38,938 nt of DNA from a virus. The translations under genes and the position numbers were made by a program. The DNA lies in the UHGV virus genome UHGV-0003687, one strand, 5' to 3'. A model generated the notes under the pieces. It ran no database searches, was not told where the DNA came from, and was given only the letters and a program-made list of their open reading frames with translations. The first letter of the stretch is position 1; every line of letters begins with the position of its first letter. This document shows positions 26,162-34,604 of the stretch, piece after piece.

Positions 26162-27438
26162 CCACACCTCCCTTCTACATCTACGATCTCCCGGCCCTGG
26201 CCGTCCACATCCTGCTCCAGCCACTTCTGCAGCTCCGCCGCATCTTCCAGGAAGCTGTACCGGAAGTTTTTCCGCTTGTATTCCTCGTGCAGGTATCGCG
26301 CCGCTTCATTGGCCGTCAGGCCATCCAGATATTCCTTCCGGGTTTTTCCATCCTGGTGCTGCTCCACGGTGGACTGCTCCATGGTGGACTGCTCCACAAC
26401 CGGCTCTTCGGACTGCTCCACAACCGGCTCTTCGGACTGCTCCATAACTGCCTGTTCCTTATGGTCCGCTTCGTACCCTTCCGGCAGGTATTCCGGATAA
26501 TCCTCGATATTGGCTTGACCTGGCATCATCTCTTCTTCAGGATCCTGCTCCATGGTCTTTTTCGCCTGCTCCATGGTCGGCTTTTTCCGCTCCGGTTCTT
26601 CCTTTTTCTTCTCCGGTTCCGGCTCTTTTTGCGCCGGCGCAATTTCCGTTTTTTTCACATTTTCCGGTGCTTCCGGCTGCTCCACAGCAGGCTCTTTCTC
26701 CAGCTCTGTTTCAGCGGCGCCGAAGTAGTTCTTCCAGGTATTTTTCCCGTTCGCTGATTCTCCGAAGATCTCTTCCGCAATCTGTCCAAACGCTTCCCAG
26801 GTCATCTCCTGTGGTGTGGTTCCAAACTTCTTGATGGATATCTTAGTTTCATACATCATCAGGAAATACAATCCTTTTCGGTAGCTCTTATTCCCGCCCG
26901 GGTTCACCGCCTCTGAAATCCGTTTGGGATCCCGGCGTTCTTCCTCCGGCAAGCCGAACATCTCGTTGAGGGCGTCGGGGTTATCCCGGAAGAACATCTC
27001 GACGAGCTGGCGGAGATCATCCGCCACGCCCTCCTCCGGCTCTGCCTTGTTGAACCGCTTCAGTTCCCGGATATCTTCTCTCTGGGTTTCCGGCCCGATC
27101 ATCTGACGGTCAGCATCCGGCAGCTTCAGCATCTCCTCCAACTGGCTGCGGCCCAGCTCTGCATATTCCGGCCGAAGGTGCTCTGAATATCCACCTATGG
27201 AATACTCCTTGTTTATGGACATGAACCGGCTCACCGTGGATGCCTCCAGGCCATATTCTGCCTTGGCGAACTCCGCAATACCTTTGTATCCGTCCTGCTC
27301 ATAGAGCTTGCCGTCCTCGATCTGACGCAGAACATATCCGATCCGCACGAAGCTCTGCTTTACGCCTAACAGCTCCCGTCTTAATTTCTGCTTCATCTCC
27401 ACCCAGTCATTGAGTGTCATCTGTACATATCCTTCCAT
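26158..27438 (-). CDS. DUF3102-like DNA-binding protein with acidic, proline/lysine-rich repeat linker
   Basis: 426 aa. N-terminal about 80 aa resembles DUF3102. The middle is low-complexity (EPEKKKEEPERKKP) and the C-terminal part carries tandem VVEQSEEP repeats encoded by DNA tandem repeats. Confidence 0.4.
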   Translation of the reverse strand: MEGYVQMTLNDWVEMKQKLRRELLGVKQSFVRIGYVLRQIEDGKLYEQDGYKGIAEFAKAEYGLEASTVSRFMSINKEYSIGGYSEHLRPEYAELGRSQLEEMLKLPDADRQMIGPETQREDIRELKRFNKAEPEEGVADDLRQLVEMFFRDNPDALNEMFGLPEEERRDPKRISEAVNPGGNKSYRKGLYFLMMYETKISIKKFGTTPQEMTWEAFGQIAEEIFGESANGKNTWKNYFGAAETELEKEPAVEQPEAPENVKKTEIAPAQKEPEPEKKKEEPERKKPTMEQAKKTMEQDPEEEMMPGQANIEDYPEYLPEGYEADHKEQAVMEQSEEPVVEQSEEPVVEQSTMEQSTVEQHQDGKTRKEYLDGLTANEAARYLHEEYKRKNFRYSFLEDAAELQKWLEQDVDGQGREIVDVEGRCG

Positions 27439-27450
27439 GGTCTTTCCTCC

Positions 27451-29628
27451 CTACGCTATGGCTGCTACCGGAATCTTTACGGTAGTCTTTTTGTTGCCTG
27501 CCTTATTTTCTGTCTTCATGGATTCGCTCCTCAACCAATCCACATACCCGTCCAACCACTGCTGCATGATCTTTTCCTGCGGTTTGCGGTCGTGTGCCCC
27601 ATACCACTGGCATATACGTGACCTCCTGCCATCGATCTCCACTGTGATATAGGGTGTTTCCTGGCTGTCCTTCAGTCTTAACATCAAGATATAAGTTATA
27701 CCGTCGTTATGTTTACTCAGATATCCGTCTCCTCCCACGCAATGGTGGAGGATCCTTCCCTCCATAACGATCTCCTCCGCTGACCGTGCCGGCCGGATGA
27801 TGTAATCGCCATCCTCGTAGTAGTACTTCTTTCTAAGATCCCTGTAACTCTTCCGGATATTCGGGAACTTCGTTTTGACCGCCAGCAATCGTGCATCTAC
27901 TTTTTCCTTGTCCATCTCCAGAACCATCTGTTCATGCGCTCTCGTCAGGTCGCGCGGCTGTTGGTATACCGTATTGTTGAGATCGTATCCAAGTCCCTCC
28001 CGCATACCAAGATAATCCGTATACGTTATGGCAGTCTGGCTGATCCGCTGTGCTGCACTGGTGCAACCCTTTCCATATCTGCACCCTGCATATTTCTCTA
28101 TCCGGTTCAGCAGTTGTTGTAAGCTCATATACGCGGCTGCATGTTCGACTGCTCCCTGCTTAAGTCCTGTCTCTACCAGATGTTCGATCTGTTCATTCGT
28201 CCATGTCTGCTTCATCCGATATTCCATCTTCATCACTTCCAGGAATTTTATGTCTCCCTTTTCGGCGATCAACTGCTTTACCCGCTCCTTCCGGATCCCA
28301 AGAAATACGTCCGGGCTTTTTGCAAATTCGCAGGCCACAATCCCATATCTGTAATGTATAAGTTCCTTCACAACACCAGTCAGTCCCAGCTTGACCAGCA
28401 TCTCGATCTGTGGTGTCCGCTGATACCGCTCAAAGTATTCGATCGGATTAACGTCCTTCACTTCTTCCGCATACTCCCTCAGGGCGCTGTACCGGAACAT
28501 GGTTCCTGCCATCTCCCGGTAGGTCTCCGGCATGATCGGAGCACCGGATATGACAATGTTGGCATTGCCATACAGGTTGCAATCATCCCAGTAATCTTCC
28601 CTGCTATAAACGCTGTGCTTCTGGTAGTCGATCTGGTTCTCCTTCCCCGGTTCAAAGTACGCCCTCGCAATCTCCACTCCGTAGAGTTTTTCGATCGCAT
28701 TTTCCATCTCCACTCCGTTATCGGTGCATATAAGACCCAATTCCCAGACCTTTTCCACCTGGATATAACGCAGCACCATTCCGGCTTCCTTGTATTTCTG
28801 TCCAAGAAACAGATGAATCGTCTTGCTGTGCACTCCTTTCGTCTTACCCTGGCACTTATACTGTCCGTACGCTCCACACATCGGGCAGCTTCCATACTCT
28901 CCTTCCCTTGGCTCTTCTATCCTGCGCTGGAACTGGCTTTCGTATGATATCCCGCTTTTCCATCTTGCGTCCGTCACGCCCCCACACTTGCTACAGGCAA
29001 TCTGTGCCCAACTGCCACGCTTTTTATAATACAAATAGTGCTGGTGATGGAAATATTGTTCATCCGCCCGTTCTAAGATCGCCTGCTCCGGAAGAGGTTT
29101 TGTGTGTGCAATACGGTCATCAAGCGCCTGTTGCCGTCTCTCACGTTTTCTCTGCTCTGTTTTACGTCTTTCGTCATCAGCGATCCTGCTTTCATAGTAC
29201 GTGATATATTCCCACCAGCGCTCCTCTTTCCAGGTTTCTGTTTTGCAAAATTTCTTTATCCGCTCCAGATCCTCTCCGCCCGCAAGGATATTCCCTGCTT
29301 CCGTCTGCTGCACGGTTTCCCTTTGTCTCCCGCTGTCATTCCATATCACGTCAGGCTTATAGCCTGTGCCGACCACAATCTTCTGCCTTGTCCATTCCCC
29401 AGTTTCCGGAAAATAATTTCCAAAATCTTTCTTTGTGAGCACAACCCGCACCACAGGAACATCCTTTCCCGTCTTTCTGTTCCTGTACACCTCCAGAAAG
29501 AGATGCTTTTCATGACCTACAATCTTAACAGCCGTCACTCCTATGTAATTCACGTTTTTCTTTTTGCTGACCTCCGGAAGTGTCAGATACGGGATTTTTT
29601 CAATCGCTTTCTTTTTCATCCGCTTCAC
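27451..29628 (-). CDS. PcfJ-like protein (large, with Cys clusters)
   Basis: 725 aa. C-terminal region (GRILHHCVGGDGYLSKH) resembles the PcfJ domain. Preceded by a small PcfK-like gene, as on pCF10 and in many Firmicutes phages. Confidence 0.4.
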   Translation of the reverse strand: MKRMKKKAIEKIPYLTLPEVSKKKNVNYIGVTAVKIVGHEKHLFLEVYRNRKTGKDVPVVRVVLTKKDFGNYFPETGEWTRQKIVVGTGYKPDVIWNDSGRQRETVQQTEAGNILAGGEDLERIKKFCKTETWKEERWWEYITYYESRIADDERRKTEQRKRERRQQALDDRIAHTKPLPEQAILERADEQYFHHQHYLYYKKRGSWAQIACSKCGGVTDARWKSGISYESQFQRRIEEPREGEYGSCPMCGAYGQYKCQGKTKGVHSKTIHLFLGQKYKEAGMVLRYIQVEKVWELGLICTDNGVEMENAIEKLYGVEIARAYFEPGKENQIDYQKHSVYSREDYWDDCNLYGNANIVISGAPIMPETYREMAGTMFRYSALREYAEEVKDVNPIEYFERYQRTPQIEMLVKLGLTGVVKELIHYRYGIVACEFAKSPDVFLGIRKERVKQLIAEKGDIKFLEVMKMEYRMKQTWTNEQIEHLVETGLKQGAVEHAAAYMSLQQLLNRIEKYAGCRYGKGCTSAAQRISQTAITYTDYLGMREGLGYDLNNTVYQQPRDLTRAHEQMVLEMDKEKVDARLLAVKTKFPNIRKSYRDLRKKYYYEDGDYIIRPARSAEEIVMEGRILHHCVGGDGYLSKHNDGITYILMLRLKDSQETPYITVEIDGRRSRICQWYGAHDRKPQEKIMQQWLDGYVDWLRSESMKTENKAGNKKTTVKIPVAAIA

Positions 29629-30132
29629 CTACTTCCCCATGTAATATTCCCGGATGATCTGCTTCGCCCGTGCCATCCCCGGTATTCCAAGAGTAACCCT
29701 GCCCGCATTCACACCGGCCGCCTTTATGATATCCTTATCCACCGTCTGCTGATTCTTGAAGGACCAGGACAGCAAAGCGGCTATGCACCCCTTCAGGCTC
29801 TTCCCTTCCTTCCGGACGCTGCGCGCCAGCAGTTCATTCTCCATCACCTGGCCGCGCAGGTACTCCACCCAGTCTTCCATGATCTCCTTCGGTTTCAGAT
29901 CCCGGCACTCCACATCGATCTTACCAAGTGCCGCCGTCTCTGCGTCACACAGCTCCGGTGTCTGTCCGTCAAGGTACATCTCCACAAATTCCTTCGGGAT
30001 CCCGTTCTCCGCTGCCATGGCCTTCAGGCTGTCAAGATCGCCCTCGTTAAAGAGATTTTCTGCCAGTTCGTTGATATCCTTGTAGTTTCCCATTTCTCCA
30101 AAGCGTTCCCACATTTTTTCTGCTCCTTTCAT
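29629..30132 (-). CDS. PcfK-like protein
   Basis: 167 aa, immediately upstream of and coupled to the PcfJ-like gene. Confidence 0.35.
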   Translation of the reverse strand: MKGAEKMWERFGEMGNYKDINELAENLFNEGDLDSLKAMAAENGIPKEFVEMYLDGQTPELCDAETAALGKIDVECRDLKPKEIMEDWVEYLRGQVMENELLARSVRKEGKSLKGCIAALLSWSFKNQQTVDKDIIKAAGVNAGRVTLGIPGMARAKQIIREYYMGK

Positions 30133-30440
30133 TCCTCTTCCAGCCAGTTCCGGCCGAAGATATCCATAAACTCTTTTCTTGTATGTGTCTCCTCAAATTT
30201 TCTCTGGGCATCCGCCTTCAGCAGAGCCGAAGTCTCGCGGCTGTTATGTACTGCTCCCGGGGCAATCCGGTGATGTCCGACACACAGATACACCTTCAGA
30301 CCATGCTTTTCCGACAGCTTCCGGTTCGCGATCCCATCAAACACATGGTGTTCCTCGACATACTCCCATGGTGTGGAATCCCCCAGAAGCTTCTCGCACA
30401 GATAACATGTCCCATCCTTTCGCTGCATGATACTCTTCAT
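30129..30440 (-). CDS. HNH endonuclease (small)
   Basis: 103 aa with CYLCEK...EEHHV...GIANRKL...CVGHH, i.e. CxxC, HH, N and H of the HNH ββα-metal motif. Confidence 0.5.
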   Translation of the reverse strand: MKSIMQRKDGTCYLCEKLLGDSTPWEYVEEHHVFDGIANRKLSEKHGLKVYLCVGHHRIAPGAVHNSRETSALLKADAQRKFEETHTRKEFMDIFGRNWLEEE

Positions 30441-30736
30441 CCCTTGCCTCCTTCATACGTGATGGTGATCTTCTTTTCCAGTGCATGAGCCACCTCGGCA
30501 TTGCATCCCTTGCTATGCTGCCAGCCTTCCATCAGGAAGATCATCTCGCACATATCCAGCAGGTGCATACACAGACACATGATCTCCTGGTATGTCACTC
30601 CCTCCGGCAGCTTCCGGATGATCTTCACCGGATTCACCACCTCGAACCCCTCTTTGATCAATGTTGTTTCCGCCTTCCGGAAGCGCTCCCTGTAATCCTC
30701 TGTCCCGGTTACGGGACCACACAAATAGATTCTCAT
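30437..30736 (-). CDS. DUF4406-like protein (nucleoside 2-deoxyribosyltransferase-like), early-region paralog
   Basis: Start assigned to MRIYLCGPVTG (ATG 30736), preceded by GGAAGGAGAG. C-terminal EGWQHSKGCNAEVAHA motif. Paralog of 1017..1319. Confidence 0.5.
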   Translation of the reverse strand: MRIYLCGPVTGTEDYRERFRKAETTLIKEGFEVVNPVKIIRKLPEGVTYQEIMCLCMHLLDMCEMIFLMEGWQHSKGCNAEVAHALEKKITITYEGGKG

Positions 30737-30798
30737 TTCGTTTCTCTCCTTCCACATGTTTTTGGTTAATGTCAATGTTATCCACATGACTTTGATCT

Positions 30799-31542
30799 TT
30801 ATCCACTGCGTGGGTGTCCTCGCCCGGCAGGCTTGTCCTCTTTTCGGATCCGGTATTCTATGTAATGCAGGTAATCCTTTCCAGAAAATGGATTGGTGCC
30901 CCGAACAACGGACTCCGGATCGATGTAATATCCCTTCGATGGCTTCGGATCGTCCACGTTCAGCTTTTGGTACTCCCGCACCTCCGGCTGTGGGATGATC
31001 AGATTCCTGGAAGCGGAATACCGGATCTCTACCCCGTCCGCCTCCGGCTCCTTGGCTATATACTCCGCCAGCCGTTGAAAGCCTCCCTCCTCATACGTGA
31101 ACTTGAAGGACGGTCTCCCCTGCTGCCAGAGCTCCTTGATCTTCATGTCGCATCCTTCTATGCGGTTCACCAGGAAGTGTACATGTACAGCTCCGCGTAT
31201 TCCGATCTCCACACGGTAGATGAATTTCAGCGGCTGCCCCACCTTCTTGTACCATCGGCGAAGCCTCTTCAGGAAATCTCCCACATCCTTCTTCACTCCA
31301 TCCACCGGTTTCCGGCTCTCCACCCTGTACGTCAGCGTCACCCAGTAATCATTCTCCGCAAAATTCGCCTTAATCTTTCTTCGCAGTGCATTCACCCTGT
31401 TCCTCTGGTTCTGCTTCTGTACCTCCTCCGGTGTCCGCTTCCTCCGTGGCTGTCTTTTCTCTCCCGGGGGACGCTCTCCCATCCACCCTACCTCCACCTC
31501 ATTGCTGTCCCGGAACCGGTATATCCTTTTTACCTTCCTCAT
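30799..31542 (-). CDS. Rolling-circle replication initiator, Rep_1 (pC194/pUB110) HUH family
   Basis: Motif I YWVTLTY, motif II HVHFLVNR (HUH), motif III LAEYIAKEPE (catalytic Tyr). Start assigned to MRKVKRIY (ATG 31542), preceded by AAAGGAGATCTT; the track's start at 31629 is a GTG. Confidence 0.6.
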   Translation of the reverse strand: MRKVKRIYRFRDSNEVEVGWMGERPPGEKRQPRRKRTPEEVQKQNQRNRVNALRRKIKANFAENDYWVTLTYRVESRKPVDGVKKDVGDFLKRLRRWYKKVGQPLKFIYRVEIGIRGAVHVHFLVNRIEGCDMKIKELWQQGRPSFKFTYEEGGFQRLAEYIAKEPEADGVEIRYSASRNLIIPQPEVREYQKLNVDDPKPSKGYYIDPESVVRGTNPFSGKDYLHYIEYRIRKEDKPAGRGHPRSG

Positions 31543-31708
31543 AAGATCTCCTTTGGGCCTAAGTCTAATATCCTTAATCAAGTCGGAAAAGGGTATGAAA
31601 TTCTCCCTTTTCCCTTGCTTTTCCCTCACGAAAATGCTACAATGAAGATAACCTCATTGATGTCCTCATAAGGGCTATCAAGCGGGCGTCTGGCTCCCAT
31701 CCAGGCGC

Positions 31709-31930
31709 CTATTTTTTTGTCCGTTTTTTCCTCGGCCGAAGCTCCTTCTTATCACACCATCCGTAAGGGCACCCGCGCCTGCGTTTGGTTATTCGCAGGT
31801 AGTCGCAGGCCACTTCCTTCCGGTTTGTTGACATCTTTATGGAGAATCGGCAGGTGCTGCAGTATGCTGGGCTTGTCCGTACAGCACCCTTCGGCGCGGG
31901 TATATCGTCATTTACCATCCAGCTCCCCAC
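31709..31930 (-). CDS. Small basic Cys-containing protein (CSTC...CPYGWC), Lys-rich C-terminus
   Basis: 73 aa ORF. Confidence 0.3.
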   Translation of the reverse strand: MGSWMVNDDIPAPKGAVRTSPAYCSTCRFSIKMSTNRKEVACDYLRITKRRRGCPYGWCDKKELRPRKKRTKK

Positions 31931-32163
31931 CTTCCCAGTCTGGCGGGCATTACCCTTGCAAACTCGACTCCGTTCTCACTCCGTGTCCTGGTCTCATACT
32001 CCCGCTCCTTCTTCTTCCGCTGCACTGTGTAATAATATTGCTGGCGGTCTTTATAGTACCGGAACCTGCACCAGCGGTTCTCGGCCATTCCGATGAACTC
32101 CCAGCTCTCCGGCACCTCGCCTTCCCACAGCAGCGCTTCATCCCGGATTTCTCTTGTCAGCAT
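31912..32163 (-). CDS. Hypothetical early protein
   Basis: 83 aa ORF. Confidence 0.3.
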   Translation of the reverse strand: MLTREIRDEALLWEGEVPESWEFIGMAENRWCRFRYYKDRQQYYYTVQRKKKEREYETRTRSENGVEFARVMPARLGRWGAGW

Positions 32164-32175
32164 TCTTTACCTCCT

Positions 32176-32463
32176 TCAGATCAATTTCTCGATATTTCCC
32201 CGGACCACGGCAAGCTCCTGCTCCAGCCTTTCAGCCTTTCCCTTCAACTGCTGGACCAGCTTCTTCTTCGCGGCCGGTGTCGCAGCCACCCACTGCACCC
32301 ACCCGTTCTCAATGATCACCGCCTCTGGGAACTCCTTCATAACGGCTGCGCGGACCGCCTTCACGAGCCCACTATTTGCGGCAGACTGCGGGCTATCCGG
32401 CCGTTTCCTTATATCTTCCAGAAACATTGTGATTATTTCCTCGTCACGCATCATCTCTTCCAT
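32176..32463 (-). CDS. Hypothetical early protein
   Basis: 95 aa ORF. Confidence 0.35.
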   Translation of the reverse strand: MEEMMRDEEIITMFLEDIRKRPDSPQSAANSGLVKAVRAAVMKEFPEAVIIENGWVQWVAATPAAKKKLVQQLKGKAERLEQELAVVRGNIEKLI

Positions 32464-32504
32464 CTGCTTGTCCTTTCCCCGCCTCCCGGCGGTATCGATG
32501 TGTT

Positions 32505-32954
32505 TTATCCTGCCTTTTGGGTCTTTCTTGCTTTTTTCGCCCTTTGGGCCTTTTTCTCTTTCTTCTGGCGCTCCCTTTCCGCCTCGTCCCGCTCCATCTT
32601 TTCCAGGAGAAGCTTTATCTCACCATACAGGTACCTGCTTAGCTGCCCGCGGAGAAACGTATCCCTTCCATGTTCATCCCGGTATTCGAGTTCCTTCCTT
32701 AAATCATCTGCTTTGATGTAATACATTGCCAGGAACTCCTCCATCCCTTCCGGGATTTCGGAATGCCCTTCGGCCTCTGCCTTCCTTCTCTCCTCGATCC
32801 TGCTTGCCTTCTCACTCAGGTAGATGTTCAGTTGGATCTTTTTTGACAGGTTCCGCATGATCTCTTCCGCCTGTTCACGGGTGACGTTCTTACATACCCT
32901 GTCATCGATCAGTATGTGGGTTGGCCCCAGATAAAAGTCTCTTACTATGGCCAT
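32505..32954 (-). CDS. Hypothetical early protein with charged coiled-coil C-terminus
   Basis: 149 aa, with a C-terminal K/E/R-rich helix. Confidence 0.4.
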   Translation of the reverse strand: MAIVRDFYLGPTHILIDDRVCKNVTREQAEEIMRNLSKKIQLNIYLSEKASRIEERRKAEAEGHSEIPEGMEEFLAMYYIKADDLRKELEYRDEHGRDTFLRGQLSRYLYGEIKLLLEKMERDEAERERQKKEKKAQRAKKARKTQKAG

Positions 32955-33025
32955 GGCTCCCGCCTCCTTTCCTATATCTTATGTTGCTATGGTTGTACGC
33001 TGTTCCGATCCTGAAGGATGATTCT

Positions 33026-33253
33026 CTACTTCAGATCGTATCCTTCCATTCGTGCTATGTTCTTGTTAGTTATGGCGTAATACTTACCGTTCACCGTGAT
33101 CGCAACATAGCAGAACAGCATATATCTCGCCCGGGTTGTATGCGCTTCTTCCATAACAACGATCTCGTTTGCCCCAGGAGCAAAACCATACTCCTCTCTC
33201 AGTCTCTTCTGAGCAAACCGTTTGGCTTCTCTTACAAATGCTTTTTCGCCCAT
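33026..33253 (-). CDS. Hypothetical small protein
   Basis: 75 aa. RBS AGGGAGGTG precedes the ATG. Confidence 0.4.
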   Translation of the reverse strand: MGEKAFVREAKRFAQKRLREEYGFAPGANEIVVMEEAHTTRARYMLFCYVAITVNGKYYAITNKNIARMEGYDLK

Positions 33254-33459
33254 ATTGCTGCCGCACCTCCCTTATCTGCAGCCCCCTGTGTCGCAGGCTC
33301 CGTAATGCAGGGGTCATTCTCTGCCAGCAGATTCCCACTGAAGTCCCAGTACTGCGTTACAGATCTGCTTAAGTCTCCATCGGTACCAGCGCCGCGCGCA
33401 GACTTAGTTTCAATTACTTGAATCACTCTCGCCGAATCTGTCCCTCTTGGTCTTACCAC
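33232..33459 (-). CDS. Possible small ORF (GTG start after GGAGGTGA)
   Basis: Gly/Ala-rich. The start is uncertain, and the track's own start codon sits inside the SD sequence. Confidence 0.2.
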   Translation of the reverse strand: MVRPRGTDSARVIQVIETKSARGAGTDGDLSRSVTQYWDFSGNLLAENDPCITEPATQGAADKGGAAAIWAKKHL

Positions 33460-33490
33460 TCTTCTCACCTCCTACTTCTGTATCCCTTAT

Positions 33491-33525
33491 CTTGATTTTC
33501 CATATATTCCCATCTATAATGTACT
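33491..33525 (+). promoter_or_regulatory. Near-consensus sigma-A promoter (TTGATT-17-TATAAT) driving the KTSC gene
   Basis: Reads ttgattttccatatattcccatcTATAAT, followed by RBS GAAGGGAGGG and the ATG at 33572. Confidence 0.5.
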
Positions 33526-33571
33526 TACAGGCTGCTGCAACAGCCAAGTACAGAAGAAGGGAGGGTTCATT

Positions 33572-33775
33572 ATGCTAAGACAACCCGTATCTTCCAGCCG
33601 CATTAGTTCGGTCGGTTGGGAGAATAATACTATGGAAGTAGGATTTCCAGATGGTGCAGTATATCAGTATTACGATGTAAGCGAATCCGAATATAATGCA
33701 TTCCTTAATTCCTCTTCCCTTGGTTCTGCTCTATCACGCTTGGATAAAATCCATAGGTATCGCAGAATCCGCTAA
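33572..33775 (+). CDS. KTSC-domain protein
   Basis: 67 aa. SVGWENNTMEVGFPDGAVYQYYDVSESEYNAFL matches the KTSC domain signature. Opposite strand to its neighbours. Confidence 0.6.
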   Translation: MLRQPVSSSRISSVGWENNTMEVGFPDGAVYQYYDVSESEYNAFLNSSSLGSALSRLDKIHRYRRIR

Positions 33776-33966
33776 TCAATACTCTTATTTGGTATTGAAA
33801 GTACATCTTCGATAACTGCAATCCGTTCACCTGTTATAACGATAGACACGTGCGGGTTGTAGTTATCGCGCATGTACTCGACCAGCGGCTGCGCAAGCTT
33901 TTGTAAGTACATCGCCTGCTTCGATTCTTTAGGTAAGCCCATCGTTTGCTTCGGTTCTTTAAACAT
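33772..33966 (-). CDS. Small hypothetical protein (MFKEPKQTMGLPKESKQAMYLQKLAQ...)
   Basis: RBS AGGAGAGTGAGAAAG precedes the ATG. The track merges it with an upstream frame as a 120-aa ORF that begins with GTG. Confidence 0.4.
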   Translation of the reverse strand: MFKEPKQTMGLPKESKQAMYLQKLAQPLVEYMRDNYNPHVSIVITGERIAVIEDVLSIPNKSID

Positions 33967-33974
33967 CTTTCTCA

Positions 33975-34124
33975 CTCTCCTTTCCTGGCGGAGACCAATT
34001 CTGCCAGAGAAGATATCATTTCTGGAAGAATGCTTTCTTCTTGAATAACCGAGGTCTCTTCCAAACCCTCCATAATCCAATCGCATATGTCTGCAATGGT
34101 TGCGTCTAACTTTGATTCGTTCAT
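33975..34124 (-). CDS. Small acidic ORF (49 aa, MNESKLDATIADICDWIMEG...)
   Basis: RBS GGGAGGTGAGAAGAG precedes the ATG. Not in the track. Confidence 0.3.
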
Positions 34125-34193
34125 CTCTTCTCACCTCCCACTGTGGTATATTACGTTCTTACGTTTTTCTTCCGCTGATAATTTCAGAGTCTC

Positions 34194-34221
34194 TTGCTTT
34201 TTTCCCCTATTCCCATATAAT
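34194..34221 (+). promoter_or_regulatory. Promoter for the + strand small gene (TTGCTT-16-TATAAT)
   Basis: Reads ttgcttttttcccctattcccaTATAAT, followed by RBS AGGAGG and the ATG at 34254. Confidence 0.4.
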
Positions 34222-34253
34222 TGAATCATTAATTTCATATAGGAGGTTTTCCC

Positions 34254-34604
34254 ATGCCCAAAAATAAGCCTTTTAATTATCAACTTACAGAATCCGATGT
34301 CAAAACATTGCTATCCACTCTTTTAATCATGAAAAATGTTTTACCAACCGTTGACATTGATGAATTCGATCTTGCTACAAAACTCAATTGTCTTTCCTTT
34401 GGCGATAAAGCGACCAAGCAATTATCCGCTATGTCAGTTTCTGTTTCACACAATGAGTTGTCCGCTATGCATGTATCTCTTCAACTCGCTGATATGATCA
34501 ATTGCAGCGAAATAGAAGTAGACCCTGACATCAAGAAGCAATGCTCCGACTATTTCTTCTCCATCAAGCACTTGCTCTCCGTATTTGATTCTTTTTTTGC
34601 ATAA
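34254..34604 (+). CDS. Hypothetical protein (116 aa) on the opposite strand with its own promoter; candidate lysogeny-expressed accessory gene
   Basis: Strong RBS (ATAGGAGGTTTTCCC-ATG). AT-rich relative to neighbouring genes. Internal repeat LSAMSVSV/LSAMHVSL. No family recognised. Confidence 0.55.
   Translation: MPKNKPFNYQLTESDVKTLLSTLLIMKNVLPTVDIDEFDLATKLNCLSFGDKATKQLSAMSVSVSHNELSAMHVSLQLADMINCSEIEVDPDIKKQCSDYFFSIKHLLSVFDSFFA

Noticed and set aside
28141-28947. 268-aa + strand ORF inside the PcfJ-like gene.
   Set aside because: Antisense shadow of a confidently coding minus-strand gene.
29104-30273. 389-aa + strand ORF overlapping the PcfJ-like, PcfK-like and HNH genes.
   Set aside because: Antisense shadow of confidently coding minus-strand genes.
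30814-31671. 285-aa + strand ORF overlapping rep.
   Set aside because: Antisense shadow of a confidently coding minus-strand gene.
31675-31682. CTTGATAG heptamer as a definitive pC194-type nick site.
   Set aside because: A 7-mer is expected by chance several times in 39 kb. It is retained only as a hypothesis in the Rep finding, not as a feature.
31717-32721. 334-aa + strand ORF overlapping several early minus-strand genes.
   Set aside because: Antisense shadow of confidently coding minus-strand genes.
33967-34134. Upstream part of the track's 120-aa ORF 33772..34134 (GTG start).
   Set aside because: The track's start is a GTG inside an SD sequence. The region resolves into two small genes in different frames, each with a proper RBS (33975..34124 and 33772..33966).
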